From Catajapyx aquilonaris (taxonomy: Eukaryota): DNA of 64,000 nucleotides. Shown piece by piece: positions 23,623 to 34,853 of this stretch. Under the pieces are notes generated by a model, which worked only from the letters and a program-made list of their open reading frames with translations, was not told where the DNA came from and searched no databases. The translations under genes were made by a program, and so were the position numbers. The stretch covers positions 1 through 64,000 of the forward strand of contig KZ538202.1 in NCBI GenBank assembly GCA_000934665.2, written 5' to 3'. Every line of letters starts with the position of its first letter. Positions within the stretch are counted from its first letter, which is position 1.

Positions 23623-24209
23623 CTGTTATCCACATTTGCAGAAATTTTGGAAAGGAGAAAGAATTACTTTAGTCACATTTCACACTTGAAGTAAACCTGC
23701 GGGACACATTGTATAAATGAGTACAATCAATCTTCCTTCAATTTTCTACACAAATTGGGTTCACTTTTCTCAGTTACTTTTCATCAACAGCTGCATTACA
23801 TTCACAGATCAATTCCATTGCTTTAGATATGAATGGGATAGCAAGCCTATCTACATTCACAAAATCACCATGATCATCAGGAGCAGAACTGATTATCTCA
23901 GATGTGAGAACAGAGTATTTTGAGAACATACTTTTGATTATAGTGTAAGACGTGTGAACGGGACATGAACGATGCATTTTCTGAACAGCATTGTGGCTAG
24001 CCAAGTCTTACCAGGTCTCTCCTATCAGCCATTTTCAACATGGCACATGGGTATCTCTATCACCCCCAAGAACTGCTCCCAACACACTGATATGTTGTGC
24101 TGTGTGTTCTATCAGTTGGGACATCTTATCGCAAACATTTTAAAGCCCTTTACTTCCCTCCCCAATTCCAGCTTTGGAAAGTGTGTCCTTATGCAATAAT
24201 AATAGAAAC

Positions 24210-25325
24210 ATGATGGCCTTTCAATACAGAATGAGTGATTTTTAAAATGAAAAGTAGGGAAGTACTATCATGATGGTGATATATTCAAGTATGTCTGTCG
24301 AAAATGGATGTTCATGCATATGGGCAGAAGTCTACTGCCCACCGTGTGGGTGTAGTGGCAGCACATTCGCCTACCCCTCTGAAATTGTCTCCTGAGTCAT
24401 GGCATTAACATATGAAGAGCAGTAGGCTAAACTGTGCTGAAATTCTGCTTTCTCTTCAAGAAGATGGCCAGTGAGGCCTACTTCATGCTGACATAGGCAT
24501 ATGGAGATGATGTACTGCCAAAGGGTCCTAAATCCACACGCTTCATGTGCAGGTGGTTATGAATAATTGTGTGCACACCACCCAGATACGTGTAACAAAT
24601 CAGACAGGACAGTCAACTTTACATGCATGATGACTGAGGGCGTGTTGATGGCTACCTCTGTCAAGCTCTGGCAGGAGCTCCCGGAGCGCCCTGTTTACAG
24701 GTGGATTCAGGACCCTCCTTGAACATATCTTATTCATATCCCTATGTCAGCTTGAAGTACGACTAAGTAACTGGTTGTCTTCTTAAGGCAAAAGTAGAAT
24801 TTCATAGAGGCGTACTGCTCCTCAGATGTCGACGCCATGACTCGGGAGGTTTCAGGGGTTGTGGTGATTGTGCTGCCACCACACCCACATGGTGCGAAGT
24901 AGACTTCTGCGCATAAGCATGCACATACATCTTCGACATAAGTACTTGGATATACAGTGGAGCATCGATTATTATCTGAACAGAGTCTGCCCAGGGGGTG
25001 TTTGGATAACCGATCATTTACGGAAAAAAATTGTACCAGTGTCATAGGAGCAATATGAAACTAAGAAACAGTGATATTAACCACAAAACTGTATATTTTC
25101 TGTCACAGGCACGCCTTAAAAATACTGTACATATACCTTACTGCTCTTACATGAAGTAGTCCTACAGTTTAGGGGGGGAAAGGCCCATTTTTGCCGACCT
25201 GAAAATGTTCGGTTAACCGATGGTTTGGTTGATCGGTGTTCTGACAATTGATGCTCCACTGTATAACCATCATTATATTACTTCCTCATTTAAAAAATCA
25301 CTCATTCTTTATTGAAATGCCCTTG
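24210..25325. mobile_element. Second mariner derivative with two inverted 5' ends
   Basis: TIR GGCMTTTCAATAMAGAATGAGTGATTTTTAAAATGA at both ends; degenerate transposase starts on + (~24400, MALTYEEQ*..LKFCFLFKKMASEAYFML) and on - (24838, MASTSEEQYASMKFYFCLKKTTS). Confidence 0.75.
24955..25261. mobile_element. pogo/Tigger-like MITE nested in the mariner derivative
   Basis: TA-CAGTGGAGCATCGATT...AATTGATGCTCCACTG-TA. Confidence 0.7.
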
Positions 25326-26529
25326 TAATTGTTTATTTTTACTATATATTTTTTGTTGTTAATGGGACATTGCTCTCCATGCATTTAAAAAAGTCATACA
25401 CTGTTATTCCAATAATGAAGGATTAAAAGTAATTCTCTTAGGTTAAGTTCTTTGCTGGAGCTGCCACAAATCTGTAACACATCACTCAGAATAATATAAG
25501 TACCATTATTCCTAAAGTTCTATCATAATTGGTTCCATGGGATGATTTACTAAGATTTTAGTTGTGGTCAACCAGCAGTTAAAATATTATGTGTGTAAAT
25601 ATTATGTATTATGTGAGCCAAAGGAATGTTGGTAGAGAGCCATATTTTATCTGAACTTATTTGTAACCAGGTTAGAATATGGTTGACTGGCTCGCTTTCA
25701 TCTGAGTGGCCCTTGTATCTGTAGTTCACAATGAAGTCTACTCACTTCATACTGTAATAGATGCATATGACTATTTAGTGACAATTAGGTGCATCACAGT
25801 CATGTACAATATCATAAAATTCCCACAACTCAATAAAAAAATAGTGTTCCAATGCACAGTGCGGCAGAATCGGAAAAAGCTGGCCAAGAACGAAAAATGC
25901 GAACTTTCTTTGCGATAATAAAGGAGGATCTTATCACAATCTAAAATGTCCAACCTATCAGAGTGCCGAATATTTTCCACATGGGTTCCTTTGTTACGCC
26001 ACAATAACGTGTCAAACCTGGCAGATTTTCCGCTGCCTGTAGGCTATCACAGGCAAAAGTAGCACCAAATAATATTTCATTGATTCCGAAAAGTGCGATA
26101 GGGAATGTAAAGAAACCTATGTGACAACATTAAGGATTGTGTGCTCTATCTGTCCAATATTATGATATTTTTAAATCTTCCATTATAAAGGCACAAAAAA
26201 TTCATAAGATAGCGATAATTTACAAGTGACATTTTCACACAAAGTTAGGCCTACAGTCGTTTCACCGCCTCTCTCCGCGACTTTTTGGGAAGTGGGTGAT
26301 AGCCAATGTTATGATTGAGCTTGCTCAGGCAAAAAGTATTGCACATATTTGCACATAAGGAAAAACGACGTATCTTTGCTCTTGCTGGCTACGATTATGG
26401 ATCTGCAACCAAAAAAGATGTCAGAAGATCTGCGGTTCAATTGTGACCTGGGAAGTTCATGAATTTTCGAAATTGCCATTCAAGGAGCACATTTTGATAG
26501 AATGTGCATGTGAATGAGTCATTGGAAGA

Positions 26530-26835
26530 ACATGGCGGCCGTGAATCCAATATATGTATAGAGAGCCATAGTAAAACATTCAGCCGAAATCATCCCAAGA
26601 CAATTTTATTCGGTCAAGGAATTCATTGAAAATAAATGTTTCCTCTACATAAAATGACCAAAAATTGTTATTTTAAAAATGGCGGCCATGAATCCAATAT
26701 ATGTATAGAGAGCCTTAATAAAACATACAACCCAAATCATTCCAAGTCTATTTTGTTTGGTCTAGGAAGTTATTCAAACCGAATGTGTCCTCTACATGAA
26801 AGGACGGAAAAGTGTTATTTTAAAAATGGTGACCG
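26530..26835. repeat. Direct tandem duplication, ~150-bp unit
   Basis: ATGGCGGCCRTGAATCCAATATATGTATAGAGAGCC at ~26532 and ~26679, with matching downstream sequence. Confidence 0.7.
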
Positions 26836-26950
26836 TTCACAGTGTAAGATATATAGCGTGGAGCAAACAGCCATTTTTAAAATAACAATTTTCGGTCATT
26901 TTCTACATAAAATTATACAGTATTAAAGCAGAACAAGTTCAGCAGCATAC

Positions 26951-27656
26951 CTATGGATGGCCTGACGACTGCAACGGGCAACTTCCCACTCTCCTCTGCC
27001 AGAATGTGCTCAGCCAATGCCTTGGTGTATGTGTACGTGTTGGGCTTGTTTCCAAGCAGCTGTGGTGTAACTGTATTGACCATGTCGTCTGACATCCATT
27101 CCACGCACTCAATCAGCTTGTGCGGGTCTGTGGAGGGAGGATATACCACCTCATCCACTTCCTTCCGCTCGCAATTGCAGTATGCAGTGGACACGTGCAC
27201 CAGGGCTACCAGACGGGACATCTTGTGGCACAGCTGCACCAGTTGCTTGGTCCCATTCACATTCATTGCGACTGACAACTTCAATGCCTCATCAAACTTG
27301 ACTGTGGCTGCTGAGTGAAATACCACGGATACCTCTCTCGCCAGTTTTGCCTCATCCTCAGGGCTTATTCCCAGTCCAGGCTCAACTATGTCGCCAGCTA
27401 TGGCAGTCAGCTTATGTAGTGACTCAGGATTACTGTTGCGCAGCTGGTCAAATAAACAGTTCGCCAGTAGTTCTTCTAAACGAGTTGAGACTTCACGCCC
27501 ATGTTTTGGGCGGACAAGAAGGTATATGCGAGAAATTCCTGGACATGATCGTAAAAGCTTTTCTACTAAAACTTTTCCCATAAAACCTGTGGCACCAGTG
27601 ACCAGCACTGAGCGACCCGTGTAAAAGCGGGATATTTCTGATTCTGTAGATGCCAT
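26951..27656 (-). CDS. FAR: Fatty acyl-CoA reductase A, coding exon 1 (NAD(P)H-binding domain); the exon's acceptor is at 27803, upstream of the ATG
   Basis: TGATGFMGK Rossmann motif, [24 protein letters not shown] (YxxxK), RPSI. The five exons sum to 1554 nt = 517 aa plus stop. Confidence 0.97.
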
Positions 27657-29512
27657 CTTTAAAGTTGCCTATAGAAGCTCAGGAAGTTATATTCTTTGGC
27701 TGGAAGTAATGAAAAGTAGAGGGGATAGTCAGAGAGGGGTGCTGGGAATGAGAAGGTTTTGCAGAGTGTTGTTTTCTTTAAGCCATCATTTCATACTAGG
27801 CCCCTGGAAAGAGAAAAAAAATGAGATTAATAAATAATATAATACATTTATACTTTGCTGTGCCTTAATTTTAACAGGCAAGCCATTTACCCTAGTGTAC
27901 TGCCAGGTCACTTAGCATAATTCACCTTCTATAAATACCAATTAGCAAGTCTCTATCATATTTTTAAAAAATGGATGCATATTCTAAATAACCCAAAAGA
28001 AAGAGTAGGACAACTTGAATACCTGGATAGGAACCAGCTATAGGGATAGGATAGGACAGGGGGAGGGGGATAAAAAAATTAGAAACGACACCCCCTTCCC
28101 CAGCACTGCTTGAATGCAAACAATGGAAAATTTTCGTCCCACTGCTAGTTCATGCTACCTTAGTAGTACCAGTGCCAAATATGGTACCGGTAAGTTAGTA
28201 GTACGGTAACTAGCAGTGTGATGAAAATTCGACCCAACTACTATACATTATTTTGTCCAACCTCTTCTCAGATTTAGTGCCAGAGAAGGGGTGTCATTTC
28301 GATTCTCTCTCTCTCTCTCTCTCTCTCTCNNNNNNNNNNNCCCCCCCCCCCAATCCCCTGTTGGTAATTTTGGTCAATCTCTATACCATACAGAGTAACA
28401 TCGATTGAGCTTCAAAAACCAGTCAAGTTCATATCTGTAACTTTTTTCATTTTCAAATGAAAAGGGTGGGACACTGCTAAAAAATTGGGCCTGGTCGAGT
28501 ATCCTTCGTCTGTTCCCCTTCTCGTGATTTTTGCGTCATTTGCATAACTCGACATATGTACATCGATAGAGCTTCAAAACTAGGTAAAGTCATCTTCGCA
28601 ACTTTTCCCATTTTCAAATAAAACCAAAGCGAAGCTTCAACAGCTTTTCGCAAGGGGCCCTATTATTCTGTCCAACTCCTGTATCTCTCAGGCCTGCTTG
28701 TATTGTATCCAATTAAGATAAAATCTCTGATAATGTATGGGGAACAACTATACATAATCAGAAATTTTAATTTGCATTCGCACAACCAGGGTGCAGTCAC
28801 ACACCCTTCAATTGTAGTGACTGAAATGACCAAATCATTAATCATGCCATACACAGCATTATTACATTTAGAATAAGTTGTTACTTCCACAAAAATATAA
28901 AATGTTATGCAGTCACAAAAATAAAAACACATTAAAGGCTGGATAAATGAAAGCAAATTAGAAAAATTCCCTATTATACATAGGCATTCACACAATCTGA
29001 CATAATCAGATATTACCTCCCTAATATGTGTTAATACAATAGACCCTTAAAGTATTTGTTAATTTTATTTACATTTCTTGAAAATTGCCAGTGACTACAC
29101 AGTCTGACCTATCATCACTTGGTTGTAAATATAGCCTATATTTAAAATGATTACACTGCAGTGTGCCCAAATTGAATTATCTGTAGTGGTTAGTAGTTTT
29201 TTACACTAAGGCTGACTAAGCTTCTTATTATTAAGCAGTTACTTTGGAACAGACACTGAAGCTATCCAAAATATTAGCTCATATTAGTCAAATAGATGTA
29301 TCCTTTTAAACATATGCAGAAGGATCTAGCTCTGACAAAGGGGTCGAACCATTGACCTCAGGTGCCTATGGGTCAAAAGGAGTCAATCACAATGTCTTAA
29401 GCTCAACAACTCATCACTATTATGCCAGAATGAAAGCGCTTTTTCAACCTAGTACCAGCAACTAATATTTTTGATAAATGACAGAACTATTGAAAAATTA
29501 ACTGCTTAATAT

Positions 29513-29847
29513 GGGGAGATGAAGTGGCGCCGCGGTAACGCCCGCCCACGGGTATGAAGGTCCCGGGTTCAATCCCCAGCCGGGGTTCCCACCTTTATCC
29601 GTGCAGAGTTGGGCCATCTCGGGCTTCATTTCTGGTGGAAATTTCCTAAAGACTAATCCACCCGGGGTGAGTTCACAAAATGACCACTCAAAGACAGCGC
29701 ACATGCACTTTGCACATCCCCTTCTACCTACCCTTGGAGTAACTAATAAGATCCTTCTTAACTCGCTCCAAACAAATCCCAATGGTGGTAATCCACCCCC
29801 CTATAGACCCAACAGGTCACCACAGGGTATTTAAAAAAAAAAAAAAA
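29513..29847 (+). mobile_element. SINE family B with an alternative 3' tail and poly(A)
   Basis: Family-B head and body; CTTAATAT(G) on both flanks; tail CCCCCCTATAGACCCAACAGGTCACCACAGGGTA. Confidence 0.85.
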
Positions 29848-31180
29848 CTTAATATGTAGTTTAGAGCCCAATATGAACATTTCAATTGGAACACACTGAA
29901 AAGATTTTAAAAGATGACAAAAATAATCATGCCAACAATCTATACACATTTTACCACGGGGAATATGCATTGATCATAGTGAACCCATCACTTTTCAATA
30001 TAGGTAAAAAGAAACTTAACTGGGCAGTTTAATGGTCAGATCCTGATATCCCTTCTATGCAGAAATGAGTGTCTCATATTACACACTCAGTCACTTGTGA
30101 CATTTACCCAAAGCATTTTACACATCCATTTAAATAATTCCACTATCGCCACACAAACACAAGGTAATTTTGCAACATTTCCTGGAGATATTAGGTTACA
30201 AAACATAATGTGTGCCATCCTGCCTCAACCTTCCAGCAATTGACTTTTGTCCTGCCAGCATACACAGCACATCTGTAAGTCAAATTCAGACTCCTCCCCT
30301 TCCCCATCCATCCAATAAAAAGCCCTTGCTAATACACCCATACTGCTGCTCAAGCAATATATGCATATGGTTGGGTCAGCATTGGAACTTGCAGCTTTCC
30401 CTTTCCATGGCTAAATTTCAGCCCCCTTTCTTTCCGAGAATTTCACTGGGGTCCCTTCCCCACCCATTAACAGGCCTGCTTTTCAAGTGAATCCCCAAGC
30501 CAAGTACAATTTGAAGGACTGTCCAGTAAACATTCATGTTGAGTAACAAAGTAGAAAGATTGGAGAGACAGCGAGAGAAGGGAGAGACTATTAATCCCCA
30601 AAGTTTTCTTCACTTCATGCCTTTCAGGGAATGTTTTGTAACCAGTGAAAAGCTGTATGAAAAAAAGGAGTAGGTTGTCGAAGAAGGGGTGAAACAGCAG
30701 GATGGTGGTAGTTTCTGAGAAAGGGAGGGAGGGGGAGGGAGGGGGAGAGAAATAAAGGAGCAAAACAGGTTTGTCAATAGGCCATGATGCAAGTGCAAGG
30801 TGGGTGAGAAAAAGTGTTTGAATGAGGGAGGTAGAGAGGGGAGGGGAGAATATAGCATATTTCCCTCACCTTTAAAACGCCCCACTTTCTGGCCCCAGGG
30901 CCACTTCTGCCCAGGGGCCAAACCCACCCTCCCCAGCATTGTTTCACCATCAAAAAGATTGCACATTTCATCAGAATGTGCCTAACGTTTCCTGAAAGTC
31001 ACGATTACTGCATTTTGCCCGCCTTGATGGCAAACACCCAAAGTGAAAAGTAGCTGAATTAATTCACCTCCTTTTTTTTTTGCAATTTGCAAGTGGGTCT
31101 CCGTGCCATGCCAATCTTGGGAACATATCTTTGCTTTGCAATGTTAAAATAGCTTAAGTGTTGGGGAGTAGTGTTGCTTA

Positions 31181-31317
31181 GGCCCGGTTGCATTAATCAA
31201 GCAAGATAATCTAACCACAATTTAACAGATAGTATCCATTGTTGGCAACAATTAATAAACAATGGCTTCCATTAAGTCTTGGTTAGGTCACATACCTCGA
31301 GTGGTGCAACCCAGCCT
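31181..31317. mobile_element. Short Harbinger-like MITE
   Basis: TTA-GGCCCGGTTGCA...TGCAACCCAGCC-TTA. Confidence 0.55.
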
Positions 31318-32114
31318 TAGGGTTCTAAAAACCAGGGGGGAAAGGTTTACTCTATTTTCCCTGAGTTCAGGGAAACTTGAGGCTTTTTTCAGGAATCCTG
31401 CATGTTTACAATAGATGAATACTCAAGCAATGTTTTCATTAATAAACAAGATCAGTTTAAACTAAAGTTAATAAAAGACATTCTCTGTATCAATCTATCA
31501 ATCTGTAACATTCACTAGACATTGCATAAATGCAGGTCGAAGTAGTAGTAGCGTATATACGTACTATGCAGGTTGCCAAAAGTTGTCCATTTAAACTTTT
31601 ATGTTGAATTATTATCAAAGTCCTCAAAATAAAACTGCCATAATTGGGATACCATGTGGAATGTAGGACTATGAATGACATCCTTTTCAACATTCGTGTG
31701 TGCACTTAAATTAATTTGAATCATAAGTAAAAATTCCTCGACATAATTAGACTAAATTAATAGATATTGAAATGAGTTGGCACTATCTAAACTTTAATAA
31801 TCCAGTGCAACACATATGCCCACATTGTCCCAGAAAATTCACATCTTGCAACATCTGATCTTGGCCCAATATCACACAACATGCTGCAACTTCTCTCTCT
31901 CTCTCTCTCTCCCTTACCCTCCCCCCCCCCCTTTCTCCTCTCCTCCTCTTTGGAAAAAAAGTGCTGTAGCCTGCAGGCAGTGACTTACAGGCATTAGCAG
32001 AGCAATCTCCAGCCTGTCAGCTGCCACACTACTATTTTGGTGTCTAACCCAGTCTCTCACGAAATCCCTGCTGTAATCTGCCTTTGCAGTAATTGGCTCC
32101 TTGAACATGACTAT

Positions 32115-32322
32115 TTTTTATTTGAATTTTTTTTCCCTTGCTACCCCGTGCTGGAGCCATTGGCTCCTTAGGGGTGTGGAATCCCACCACTTTTTCTTAC
32201 GAACTCTTCTGGGTGGGAAACCACAGAAAACCACGGTCAGGATCGCCAGCCCCAGGACTCGAACCCAGGACCTCCCGAGTAGCAGTCGGACGCCTTAACC
32301 CCTCCACCAACCTGCTTCGGTC
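32115..32322 (-). mobile_element. SINE family A, short variant
   Basis: Family-A head joined early to a different tail; TSD CTTGAACATGACTAT at 32100-32114 and 32323-32337. Confidence 0.9.
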
Positions 32323-32464
32323 CTTGAACATGACTATGTTGTATACATAACTCTTATCAAAACAGGCACACTCATCAGCAGTGGGACCATTGTTCTCAAT
32401 GTATTTTTTCGAGAGTAAATATATTAATATTTTGTTTTTTTAAAACCAGAACACATGGCAAGTA

Positions 32465-32720
32465 CACTACCCTGCATTAATGGCTATGCACAGACATGGC
32501 CACCTCGCGTGAACGAGCGGAACTAGGCAGGGGCAAGCTGCGCCCAAAAGACTTGGACAGCACAAGATAGTGTGGTGGATTCAATCCACCATGATATCTT
32601 GAGCCGTCTAGAGCAGTCTTGAGCTGTGTAAGTATTTTTGACGCAGCCCGCCCACACCTAGTTCCGCTCATTCCCACCAAGGTGCCGATGTCTGTGCATA
32701 GCCATTAATGCAGGGTACTG
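32465..32720. mobile_element. pogo/Tc1-like MITE
   Basis: TIR TACCCTGCATTAATGGCTATGCACAGACAT, perfect on both arms; TA flanks. Confidence 0.85.
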
Positions 32721-33453
32721 TACTGGAGAGTAGACAAAAGAAGCCAAAAGTTTTTGAAAGCATTTAATTGTTTACAGGGAGAATGCACTGTACTAGCGGC
32801 TAACCCAGCATTGCCTGGGAGTGTTGTGATGTGTTGCGGTGTGTTGTGGTGAGAGTGGTAGGGGTATGCAAGAATGAAATACACTCCATATACTCCATCC
32901 TATCTATATGAAACATGCGGCATTAAATTCCTCGTAAAAAGTAACCCCTGGTATGCTAGTTTAAGGCGATGTACGTGCATTCCCCTGGACTTCTATAGTG
33001 AACAAACAAACACACTTCCCAAAATTTATAGATTTTCCAAAAAAAAAAAATTTTTTTTGGCCAATCACCAAAGAGCGCGGGAAAAAAACCACAATCTGAC
33101 ATCTTCGTCACACAACAATATGAGTAAACAGTGTCAACAAAAAGAACATTGTTTACTCCTATTGTTGCATGAGAACAAAATGATGACGTCAGATTGTCAT
33201 TTTGTTTTCGGCACTGTACCTGGCATATTTTACAACCAACTCTGGCTGCCATGCTGCTGGTTAACAAGTAGAATTTTGTCAGTCCCCAGACTTCACCTTT
33301 GTTTGGTGTTCCCCCCCCCCCCCCCNCCACTCCAGGTGTCACACATTTGCAGTGCCTTGCCCTCCCTTGTCTGCACTAGGTCAATTTCAAAAATCTGGTG
33401 AGAAAGAAAGCCAATATTTCAGTTTTTTACATGGAGAATGTTCTCCCACCAGT

Positions 33454-33730
33454 CAGGGCGACATGGTGGCAAAGTGGTTAGCGCCACAGCCTTCCACCTC
33501 TAAGGTCCCAAGTTCGATCCCCGGATCGGGCAGAGGATACTTATGTGGATAGAGTTTCGATGGGTTCTCTCCGTGTTTGCGTGGGTTTTCTCTGGGTTCT
33601 CCCGTTTCCTCCCACTATCAAAATCCATCACAGCAAAGGCAATGATTAAACTCGGTCAATTAAAACATGATCCCCTAAAAAGCCCAAGGAGGCTTATCAC
33701 AAGGTATCCATTATTTTATATATTTTATTC
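33454..33730 (+). mobile_element. tRNA-derived SINE, family C, with V-SINE-like core
   Basis: A and B boxes, then GTTCTCTCCGTGTTTGCGTGGGTTTTCTCTGGGTTCTCCCGTTTCCTCCCAC; CCCACCAGTC on both flanks. Confidence 0.85.
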
Positions 33731-34622
33731 GCCCACCAGTCTGTCACTAACAACATCAAACCTAATCTATATTATTAATACCCAACTGAGCCACAACTCC
33801 TCCCGCACTGTACAGCCTACAGCCCTGGGAGTGGTGTCCAAATTTCCCACGCGTTTTCTATACTTGTAATAAACTCTGTTTTTTGGAAACGGTGCCGAGG
33901 AACTCTGTAAAACTCAAAAACGAAAAATTCCGAAAAAAAGGCTGACCCTGGAGTTCCCATTTCTGCCGTTACGGGCTGGGTGTGGCCGACTCACTTACTT
34001 CGGCACATCACTGTCGGATGTCGCAGTGCTCTCTCTCTCCCTCCCTCCCTCTCTCTCTCTCTAAATTTTTGCCAAATTTTGGCAAGTTGGTGCCTAGTTA
34101 AGTAAAACGCTGTTCAATGTAGTTCAGGTGATAGGAATTCACCCCAGTTTATTAATAATGATGTAGTCACCAAGAATTGACCAGAGCCACCTATCTCATA
34201 TCCCTCGAATACCTTCCTCATTCACCCTTCCCCTCAAGAAGCCAAAATATCAAGAATGATACAAGCATTTAAAAAATATTCCTAATGACGGTCATGCTTA
34301 CTCCTTACATGATGTAAATAATCATCAACACCATGTTCAAAATGACCACTAAGTGCTTACAAAGTTCAAATACTTATTAGTTATTACTCTTTAAGATTAA
34401 TTACAATCAAACACATTAATTTCTTCCAAACTTCTTAAAAAAATTAAGGTGGGCGTTCCAAGATACGTTTTGACATAACCCAAAATAATTTTTAGTGCAG
34501 GTAGTTCAAACTAATATCTGATGAAAAAAGTGGAACTCAAAAGATCTGAATTTCACAGGGTCTAAAATAACTCAAATAATGTCCAGGACAGTCCTCCCTT
34601 AGGAACCCATCTTCCCCCAACT

Positions 34623-34853
34623 TTATAATTGATATTAGGGAGGTTGGTCCAGCTTTGCCTCTTCAACCTCCCAGGGTAGGGAAGGAAGGAAGCGGCTGTG
34701 GCCTATTATACGGAAGCGACCCCGGAATTATCCTAGGAAGACTGGGGAAAACCATAGAAAACCACGGTCAGGATCGTTGGCCCCGGGATTCGAACCCCGG
34801 ACCTCCCGATTAGCAGTCGGACGCCTTATCCACCATGCCAACCTGCTTCGGTC
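34623..34853 (-). mobile_element. SINE family A, same subfamily as 7439-7670
   Basis: Nearly identical to the 7.5 kb copy including its tail; TSD TCTTCCCCCAACT at 34610-34622 and 34855-34867. Confidence 0.9.

Noticed and set aside
26953..27624. Plus-strand ORFs overlapping FAR exons (also at 21.4, 23.4, 58.4 and 59.4 kb)
   Set aside because: Antisense shadows of real coding exons.
32790..33090. Possible Helitron-like element starting TACTAGCGGCTAACCCAGCATTGCCTGGG
   Set aside because: Only the start motif is suggestive; no second copy or clear other end in the window.
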